The position numbers and the translations under genes were made by a program. A stretch of DNA of 64,000 bases from Octopus vulgaris (taxonomy: Eukaryota), in the NCBI GenBank assembly GCA_951406725.2, contig OX597828.1, positions 33,790,001-33,854,000 on the forward strand, in the 5' to 3' direction. The notes beneath the pieces are model-generated. The model was not told where the DNA came from. It made no database searches and saw nothing but the letters and a program-made list of their open reading frames with translations. How positions within the stretch are numbered: position 1 is the first letter of the stretch; the number at the start of each line of letters is the position of its first letter. Of the stretch, positions 54,754 to 64,000 are shown one piece after another.

Positions 54754-55316
54754 TTGGGTTGTTCAGAAAGTTTGTGCTGATTTATAGTAGATCACCTTTC
54801 GACTTATTTTAGAACATGGTTGAGTCCATAAAATAGAATTTGACTACACCTCCATTTAGAACACAGTTTAAGCTATCTTTTGGTGGAAGATGTTTTATGT
54901 TCTAATAAACTGTGTTAATTCTGTAACCCTTTAAAATGGAAGATAAGAACGTTCATTTTCGGCACTTGATACTTTGGGAACTAGACAAAATTGCTGCAGC
55001 TCAGCTGGGATGCATTACCCCACCTTCCATATTCACCAGATATTGCTCCTTCGGATTTCCACTTATTCAGGTCTCTGCAGAATAGTATTAATGGTAAAAA
55101 TTTCAATTCCTTGGATGATGTAAAAAGATACCTTGATGAATTCTTTGCCATGAAACCACCTCAATTCTGGAAAGAGGGTATTTTCAAGGTAAAGGAAAGA
55201 TGGAGACGCATTGTGCAACGAAATGGTTCATATTTGGTTGATTAAAAATGTAATGACAAGTATTTATTGACCTTTTTCTTTCCTTTTAATCGGCATGAAC
55301 TTTCCAGACACCCCAA
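54754..55316 (+). mobile_element. Internally deleted mariner transposon
   Basis: TIRs ttgggttgttcagaaagtt / aactttccagacaccccaa with TA TSD. Transposase N-terminus MEDKNVHFRHLILWE is fused out of frame to the C-terminus HLPYSPDIAPSDFHLFRSLQN. Confidence 0.9.
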
Positions 55317-55451
55317 TACATACTCACAGACGATGCTGACGCACTCAAACAATTCAGTTTTGTATGATGTGTGTGTGAGAGGGCAAGAGAGAGAGAAAGA
55401 GAGAGAGAGAGGGATTTTGAAGAAACTCTGCCCATACAGATTAGTACTAAC

Positions 55452-55565
55452 CTCTCGATGTAAAATTCCCCGATAGACAATACCAAATTCCCCACGGCCC
55501 AGTCTTTCAACTTGTTCCACTTGGTCGCTGTCAAAGAGTAACGATTCCTCAAGATCCCGGAACAC
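55452..55565 (-). CDS. LRRK1: LRRK1-like exon, kinase glycine-rich loop
   Basis: Acceptor aattttcag and donor gttagt. VFRDLEESLLFDSDQVEQVERLGRGEFGIVYRGILHRE. 114 nt, phase 0 to 0. Confidence 0.92.
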
Positions 55566-56485
55566 CTGAAAATTAAGTAAATGAAATAAATAACCTAAAT
55601 AGGACCCATAAAGCAGTGTCGGTGGGAGGAGGTGGGGCACAGAAGGTTTTGCGTTCACATGGCACACCCAGGAAAAGTCAACTTGTAAAATCTCACTTCA
55701 AACTATAATATTCAAACAAGGATTTGAACTCCTGTCTGCTGACCATCAAATATTAAATGCCCTTATGCTTTTTATCAGAAATGGCTTGTACCTATACACA
55801 GTGCCTGTTTACAATTTGATAAGAAGTGGCAAATTACAGTTTGATAAGGAGTGGATAAAATGCCTAAATGCCTTGTGGTATTTGTTCTATCTCATTACAT
55901 TCCGAGTTCAAATCTCACTGAAATAAACTTTGCTTTTCATCCTTTTGGAGTCAGTGAAAGAGAAAATTTACCAAACCAAAGTTGCAGATCGGTAGAATTG
56001 TTAGGATGAGACAAAATACCTTGTGGAATCAGAATCTGTTCTGTCTAATGCTCCAACAGTTCCATTAATCCACTGCCCTGGATTCATGGTGTTTTTTGTT
56101 TGTTTTTTTGGTTTTTTTTTGGTAAAGTTGAACAATATACCACATCTTATTCTATCTAATGCCTGGTGTGTGAAATAGCAGCCAACTCTCATTCAAATCA
56201 TATCCTGCAGTGTAATCAGATTAGAATATATTGGAAGATGTATCTATGATACACTAGCTCTGAAAACAGAAGAGATGATCATGGCTGGAATGCCTGAGTA
56301 TTGGTCAACTTTTTGCATTCTGAGTTCAAATCCCACCAGGATCAACTTTACCAACTACTTCTTTTGGGTTACTTGAACACAGGAGAGATAACAAATTCAT
56401 CTTTATTTGTATTAACTTTTTTTGTTATAGATATTAAAAAAAAACGTAAGGGGGAGTTTAGAAAAATGTCTAATATTTCACTCAC

Positions 56486-56654
56486 AATATCAGGGGCCAA
56501 ATAAAGTTTCTTAAGCTGATTATCTGAAGCAACCCAATAACGACCAAGGTCTCCATGAATGGGGCAGTTTGCAGACTGCTGTTCCAGAACATTTAACATG
56601 CATTCCTCCACCAAAAACGAGTGCAAAGTCGAATTGACAAGTAGTTTGTTAGAG
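56486..56654 (-). CDS. LRRK1: LRRK1-like exon (COR end/kinase linker)
   Basis: Acceptor gtctttcag and donor gtgagt. SNKLLVNSTLHSFLVEECMLNVLEQQSANCPIHGDL...LYLAPDI. 169 nt, phase 2 to 0. Confidence 0.9.
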
Positions 56655-58440
56655 CTGAAAGACAGCAAAAGTAAATTAGAATGCCAGAAAGCAAATAGAA
56701 TGAGACAGAATATTAAAGAATATAGAAAGAGAAAATTGGAATACCAAAGCCAGAAAAAATAAAAAAGGATGAAAATTAAATAAAAGTGTGTTGTATTTTG
56801 AGAGTGAAATGGTTGAGTATAACTAATGGGTTCAACTACCAACTAAGAGATTTTGGTTTCAAATTGACCACTAGAGTCTTTTTTTTTTTGTTGTTGTTGT
56901 TCAAGGTACTTAACTCTTGTGTGTCATAGTTCAATTAGTTGTTGGGGATTATAATCTCCAGATCTTCTGGGAATGTCACCTCTGGTAGACTGGTATTCTC
57001 TGCAGGAGGATGTCTATGCTTCAGCTGCCTAACAGAATTTATAAGGTAGGAAACTTAAAAGAAACTAGATATTCTTGGGAGCAAGATTCTTATCCTTCAT
57101 CTGATGTCACTTGCAAGACAGGAATTAGGAAAATCAGTGTCATTTGTCACTGGCTAATGGACCGTCTTAAAATGAAAAAAGCAATGAGAAGTGGTCTTTA
57201 TGCTTCTGGTCTATCAGCTATTATCTAATGTTGTTCTTCTTTAGCCTCTGGTCATCAAAGGCATTCCTTTACCAAAGGAATTCTCATCATAATTATCTCT
57301 TCATTAGTTCCCCCCATCCAAGACAATATATGTAACACTATATTAACCAATGTGTTCCATTTTTTTTAAGGCACGACATACTTTGAGGGAGATTTGGCTG
57401 CTTTTTTAGTGGAGTGAGCAACTATGTAAAGACTCCGTTGTTAACTCAGAGGCTATCTTGGCTCTTGCTATCATCGTTAGTGCACAATTCAGCTCTCATA
57501 CAGCAAATCTAAATCATATCATGGAGATGAAGAGGTGAGGTTAGCTTGTTACACAGGTTAAACTGAACAACATGGCAGAATCAAGCCTTCTTTCATGGGT
57601 AAGATCTAGAATCTGAAGAAGTTAGCGATGAGGTGAGCTGGTAAAAGTTAATCCATAAAACGAATTACCGTTAGTTGATTTGCCATGAGAAGTGAGAACA
57701 ACAATTATTTCAAACACTTGATCTTCTCTAAAGAGAAATAATACACAGTGGCTGACATGGAGAGTTTGTTAGCTTGCATCTCTTTAATTACTCTATCTGT
57801 TGTCTATTTGGCAAAAAATATTCCTACTAGGAAGAAGAGAATAAGAAATACTAAGAATACAACAGTTAAGCTTATATTTCGAAATGACGATCATGCATAG
57901 TAAAGATTATTAATTAGACCAAGCATGAGCAGCCTTTTTGAAGAAATAGGCAGCATGAGACATGGGTCATCATCAAGCAGACCACATACCACAAAAGACA
58001 TACAGGCTGATTTTGGTAATTTTCCATTAGGCGTACCATTCAGAAATGGTTTGCATGCAGCCTATAGGCCACAGTTTCTCCATGACTAACTCAGACTGTA
58101 ACACATTTTTTTGCTTTATTCGTTTTTTTTATTCTTTATAGATTTTTTCTTTCTCAAGCCATTTCACTTCTACAAAGCAAATTTTCTATGGCTGGATGCT
58201 CTTCCTGTCACCAACCTCCACTTGTTTCCAAGCAAGGTAATATTTCCCCCATGGCCTGACATGTTTTCATGGAAGAGTAGAAATGAAAGAAACCGCTTGT
58301 ATACAAAGCATCATACAAAGCAAATAATGAAATGAAACTGAAAAAAGATCAAAGGCAGACAAACAGAAAGAAAAGATAAAGAGACAAACAGTGAGAGAGA
58401 TAGAAAGAGAGAAAGGGAGGCAGATAGTGGAGGGACTTAC

Positions 58441-58773
58441 CAGTCTTTCGATTGATCCTCATCCATATTGTCTAAACTTAGACACAGCTCTGATTGGTTA
58501 ATCAAGTCATTGACCATAATCCAGTTGTCTTTGTTATTGAATTTCTGTTGTTTGTGATGTATGGTGGTCAAGCAGCAAGGACATGGTACAAGCCGACTGA
58601 CTAGATACTGACCGTGGATGTTCTGAATGAAACGTTGCTCGCCAAGCTCTGGGTACCAGTCCTGCAACAGGTTGTCAACGTGTTCAATGACACGGGCCAG
58701 AAGTCTGCAGGACAACTTCTCATTGCGAACTAGAGTAAAGTCGCATACTTTGTTGACATTCTGGCAAAAAAGG
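58441..58773 (-). CDS. LRRK1: LRRK1-like exon (COR-B)
   Basis: Acceptor ttctcttgtag and donor gtaagt. LFCQNVNK...LLARVIEHVDNLLQDWYPELGEQRF...VSRLVPCPCC is typical of LRRK1/Lrrk COR-B. 333 nt, phase 2 to 2. Confidence 0.9.
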
Positions 58774-59811
58774 CTACAAGAGAAAGCAGATCCTTTTATT
58801 TACCATATATAAATGTGTGTGTGCATAATATTATTATGGAATTATGGACACATAAACCAATGTTCAATCAAAACATATTGTGTTTATCCATTCTTAAAAT
58901 GTGCCAGCAGACTCAAACATGAGCATGCCTTTGTGCTATTGGAAAGGATTTCCTCTCAAAGAATGATTTCTCTCTATAAACAATGTATAAACAATATAAT
59001 TGCTACAAGCGATGTTGGTAGACTATCAGATACTGGTGTTTCAACATAGTTATACCTCCTCAGTAATAGATATCACCGGATCTACTGGAGCTAGACGAGA
59101 AGAACTGCTTCTATGTATAAATATCTGTAAACAAAACCTTTACTGAGGCATGCTAAGGTTTGCCAAGCTAATATTAAATTATTATGGGCATGCAAAAGAG
59201 AATCAAAACAACAATGCCTATATCCATTTGAAATATGTTCTAGCAGATGTGCATGTTCAAGTTTGCTGGAATATATTAAGGAAATACACATCATTTGTGC
59301 ATGTGTGCATATGTGTATGTGTGTATGCATGTGTCTGCATGCATGTGTGCATGTATGCGTACAAGTAAGAGACAGAGAGAGAGACTCAATCAAAATTATT
59401 CTCTGGTTTCAGCTCCGTGGAATACTAAACATTATTTTGCAGTGAGCTCAAAGCGCAGTATATTGTTGGAACATGTTTTAATTACAAACTTCCTCAGAAA
59501 ATAGAAAAAAACAAAGCAATTGTAACGGCTGGATTAGGACCAAAAATCTATAAACAATCTGATTTGTCATTCGTCTGTGATTTGTAAAAGTAATAAGAGC
59601 TGGAATATAAGTGGGGGTGGGGACGAAGTATTTGACAGGGGAAAGAACTCTTATAATACTGATTTAACTAACTGCTTCCAACACCACCACCACCACCACC
59701 ACCACCCACACACAGACAAAGCAAGATCTGCAATTACAAAGAATACACATAGGAAAAAAAAACAATAACAAAATGAAAAGTTAATAGGAATTGAACCACA
59801 GTCCTTTAAGT

Positions 59812-60183
59812 ATTCTTTTATTCTTTTACCTGTTTCAGTCATTTTGACTGTGGCCATGATGGAGCACCACCTTTTAGTCGAAGAAATCAACCCCCTGGAC
59901 TTATTCTTTGTAAGCCTGGTACTCATTTTATTGGTCTCTTTGACCGAACCACTAAGTTACGGGGAACATAGGCACACCAAAATCAGTTGTCAAGTGATGG
60001 TGGAGGGGCAAACAGACACACAAACACACCGTTATATACATATATATACGACAGGCTTCTTTCAGTTTCTGTCTACCAAATCCATTCACATGGCTTTGGT
60101 CAGCCCGAGGCTAGAGTAAAAGACACTTGCCCAAGATACCACGCATTGGGACTGAACCCAGAACCATAGACACGCCTGCACCA
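59812..60183 (-). mobile_element. SINE family A
   Basis: Reverse-oriented copy with a deletion in the head. Confidence 0.75.
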
Positions 60184-60447
60184 TATATTAATATGTGATA
60201 CATCAATTTAATACACAATCATCATCATCATCATAATTTAGCGTCCGTTTTCTGTGCTAGCATGGGTTGGACGGTTCAACTGCATCAGGCCCAGTCTGAT
60301 CTGGCAGTGTTTCTACGGCTGGATGCCCTTCCTAACGCCAACCACTCCGCGAGTGTAGTGGGTGCTTTTTACATGCCACCCGCACAATATTAATATCAAT
60401 ACAAGGAAACAGTCAAGCTGCAGGAGAGGCTGTATTAATATATTAAT

Positions 60448-62514
60448 AGAGTAGAGCCTCACAGTAGGAATGCACCATTGAACAAGTTATTTGTTGTACA
60501 AGCCAAAGCTCATGCAAATTCTTGTCTTGAAGTATGACTGGAAATCCGTAGTGCAAGTGAGTTTTATACAGGCAACCATTAGTCAGCGCTGAGCTCGCTC
60601 ATGCTCTCCCATCAAGGCAGCCTCCGCTCACTCACTTCACATGTTTATCTCATGGCAGCATCCCAGTTGTGTTTTATCCAGTGACTTTTTTAGCTTTCTG
60701 CATTTTTTGGTATTCATCATCATCATCGTTTAGCATCCACTTTCCATGCTAGCATGGGTTGGACGGTTCAACTGGGGTCTGGGAAGCCAGAAGGCTGCAC
60801 CAGGCCCAGTCTGATCTGGCAATGTTTCTATGGCTGGATGCCCTTCCTAACGCCAACCACTCCGTGAGTGTAGTGGGTGCTTTTTACATATTATTCTATA
60901 ATAATTAGTTATGTTTGTCATGGGTCTTTAGAAGGTTAGTTCAAAGGACAATGCAAAGAAGAAGAAAAATCTGATTACAATAAAACTGAAGAAGGAAATC
61001 ATTGATAAACACGAGAGAGGAGTGCGTGTAGTGGATATAGCATGTCAATACGACTGAAGCATGTCGACAATCTGCAGCATCCTGAAGCAAAAGGATGAGA
61101 TCAAGGCCATTAAAACAGCAAAGGGTGTCTCCAGGCTCTCCAATCAATGCCCATCTGTCCACAAAGAGATGGAAAAATTGCTTCTCCTGTGGATCAAGAA
61201 GCAACTCGCAGGGGATACAATTATGGACACCATCATCTGCGAGAAAGCACAAGCACAGTATAGGGATCTCCTGAAGTAGAACCCTAGAACATTGACGGAG
61301 GAGATATCAGCTGATGCATTTAAGGTCAGTCACTACTGGTTTGAAAATTTCAAAATGAGGACTGGTGTTCATAGCATCATCAGGTATGGAGAAGCAACGA
61401 GTTCTGACACGATGACAGCTGAGGATTTCATGCGTAAATTCCATCAGCTCATAGCAGGTGAGGGGTGCAAGATACAATAGGTATTTAACTGTGAGGAAAT
61501 TAGACGTTTTTGGAAAAAAAATACCCAGAAGAACTGCAGAGGAGGAGAAGAAAATGCCAAGCTACAATCCTAGGGAAGACAGGTTAGCTCTTGCCCTCTG
61601 TGCCAATGTGAGTGGAGACTTGAAGATTAAGCCACTCCTTGTCTACCATTCTGAAAACCCACAGGCATTCAATCACACAAAATCATGAAGAAGCTTGCGT
61701 CACCAGGCAATTCTTCAGTGAGTGGGTCAACTTTATCTTCAGACCAGCAACAAAAAAGTACCTTCTGGAGAACGATCTTCCTCTCAAGGCCCTCCTCATC
61801 CTCAACAATGCTCCTGCTCACCTACCTATCTTTGAAGATGATATCCTGGATGAACTTAAATTTATAGAAGTTCTATTCCTTTCACCACCCCTATCTTGCA
61901 GCCCATGGACCAACAAATGACTTCTAATTCTATGAAATTGAACACCAAACACCTGTTTCGTCAGAGCTTTGAAGTCACCGAAAATACAAATCTGACCCTT
62001 TGTGAGTTTTGGAAGGAGCACTACAACAATGTTAACTGCCTGAAATTCATTGATATGGCCTGGCAGGGTGTAATGAGGAGAACGCTGAATTCTGTATGGA
62101 GAAAAAGTCTAAATTAAGCAAAGTGAGAGAGAACTCTTCAGAAATTGTTCTTCCAAAAGTCTTAATAGAAGGAGATTCTCCTTCCAAACAACAATCCTTT
62201 TCCTCCCTGCTCCATCATCTTCCTCCCCGCTCCATCATCTTCCTCGTGCACAAATCATCCAATCTGTGAGGTAATTAAATCAATAGAACCAGTTTACATA
62301 TTTCTTTTGCATTCTCTTTTATCATGCTTTCATAATTGTCATTTTCCTTGTAACTGCATCTTTTCTGTTTTAAAAGTCATAAAAAATGATTTTTGGGTAG
62401 TTTTGTGGGGCTGGAACCAATTAACAATATTCTAATTAACTTCAATGAGAAAAACTGATTTGTAAAACAAGCTCAGTCATGGAATGAATTAAACTCAGGC
62501 TGCGAGATAGCACT
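60448..62514 (+). mobile_element. Decayed Tigger/pogo DNA transposon (CENP-B-type HTH plus DDE_1 pseudo-ORF at about 60920-62100)
   Basis: STICSILKQKDEIK, EMEKLLLLWIKK, FKVSHYWFENFK, DLKIKPLLVYHSENP and LLILNNAPAH motifs with many stops and frameshifts. Element ends are approximate. Confidence 0.85.
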
Positions 62515-62635
62515 ATATATTAATACATATTATCTATTATGTTAACACATATCATTTATTACGCTACAAATAATATTATTACATATTATATATAGCATAG
62601 AATGGAATTAAAGAAGAAAGATAGTGTATATTTAC

Positions 62636-63339
62636 CAATATTGTTCACTTGAAGTACTCTGCTGATCATTTTCTGTTATATCACATTTTTGCTGAGATGT
62701 TTTCTTCTGCTGCTCACTGGAAATGTTGTTATAAAAATTTATAGAATATTCATTACTGGGGAAACAAAGCTCCAGAACAGAAGCTTGTTTTAAGTCTACA
62801 ATCTCCCACCTCTGTCCCATGTGACACAAGACTTTACAACGTGTAAAGTCACATATGACCCCAGGGGAGTCGGCACTGGCTTCTTTCACACTCAGTAACA
62901 CACAATTCTTGTACACTAGTTCCATTTGTTTCTGCCAGCACCGCCATCGAATTGTCTTCACAATTTCTTTACGGATAATTGGCAGACATTGGTCACAACA
63001 ACAATCAATATCAAACAAGTATTCAGCTGTGGTGTATATACATTTGTCTGCCAAGAGTCTTGTAATAACCTGGGGCCAAAATCCACTGGGTATGTACATT
63101 AGCTGGTATAGTCGGCACATGGAATGGATCGGTTCCAATTTATAAGAATTCAGTTTTGCTTGGGAAGTATCAAAAGAATTTTCTTGTTTATTTTCAAGTA
63201 CAGGAGACGTTTCAACTTTTACAAGATTGTTCTGAGGTAGTGGTTTGGTAGGAATATTTTCTGGGACTTTTATACTGATGCTCTCATCAAAGTTCAAATT
63301 TGGATTTTCTTCATCACTTTCATCATATTTTAATTTTAC
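62636..63339 (-). CDS. LRRK1: LRRK1-like Roco kinase, first exon in window (COR region)
   Basis: Acceptor ttttgatcag at 63340-41 and donor gtaaat at 62635. Translates VKLKYDES...MCRLYQLMYIPSGFWPQVITRLL...WRCWQKQMEL, matching the LRRK COR-B pattern. 704 nt, phase 0 to 2. Confidence 0.9.
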
Positions 63340-64000
63340 CTGATCAAAAAAAAAAAAAAAGGAAAATGAAAATAAATTGAAAGAAAATGAGAAATGAAGT
63401 AAAGATTTAAATTATTATGGAAGTGCCACCGGACTGGCTCCCATGCAGGTGGCACATAAAAAACACCTTTTGAGTGTGGTCATTGCAAGTACCGCATGAC
63501 TGCCCCTCGTGCCGGTGACACGTAAAAGCACCCACTACACTCACGGAGTGGTTGATGTCAGGAAGGGCATCCAGCTGTAGAAACTTTGCTAGATCAGATT
63601 GGAGCCTGGTGCAGCCTTCTGGCTTGCCAGCCCTCAGTCAAACCGTCCAACCCATGCCAGCATGGAAAGCAGACGATGATGATGATGATGATGATGTGTT
63701 TCTTCTTTGACATGTTACAGTTTCTTTCACTTCCGTTGGCAATGGTGATACCAAATAACTGAAAAGTATGGTTTTATCAACATCCTTAGATTTACCTTCA
63801 ATGTTTCTCAACATATTTATGTTTGTCTTCAACATTTATCAACATGACATTTCTATTCATGTATAATATACACCCATGTTTAAAGCACATCTGTAATTAT
63901 GAGCAAAGAAATTTCTCCAGAAACTACATCTTGTGTATAATACGCAGTAACATGTCTTTATTATTACAATGCAAAGGAAGAAGAAAGGGAAGCTTTGTTA

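Noticed and set aside
60920-62117. Domesticated TIGD/CENP-B-like gene
   Set aside because: Multiple stops and frameshifts show it is a decayed transposon.

Overview
Repeat-rich eukaryotic DNA whose repeat landscape (tRNA-derived SINEs, very long TA/CA/GATA microsatellites) looks like an octopus genome; the taxon is inferred, not proven. The whole window lies inside one minus-strand gene encoding a LRRK1/invertebrate Lrrk-like Roco kinase. Twelve phase-consistent GT-AG exons (about 887 codons) run from 63339 down to 3990 and cover the COR-B region, the complete kinase domain (GRGEFG, AIK, RQE, YRDLKSEN, DYG, APE) and the start of the WD40-like region. The gene's 5' and 3' ends are outside the window, and one intron is about 33 kb (4242-37177). 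The introns hold tRNA-derived SINEs, RTE, CR1 and Penelope fragments, non-autonomous Helitrons, piggyBac-like MITEs, a deleted mariner and a decayed Tigger/pogo. The most notable signal is a set of minimal type I hammerhead ribozyme motifs in Penelope-like repeats, including a tRNA-headed element that inserts as head-to-head dimers. SINE concatemers inserted as single TSD-flanked units are also notable. Nearly all ORFs in the supplied track are microsatellite or repeat artefacts. Exon boundaries were read base by base; repeat boundaries are approximate.
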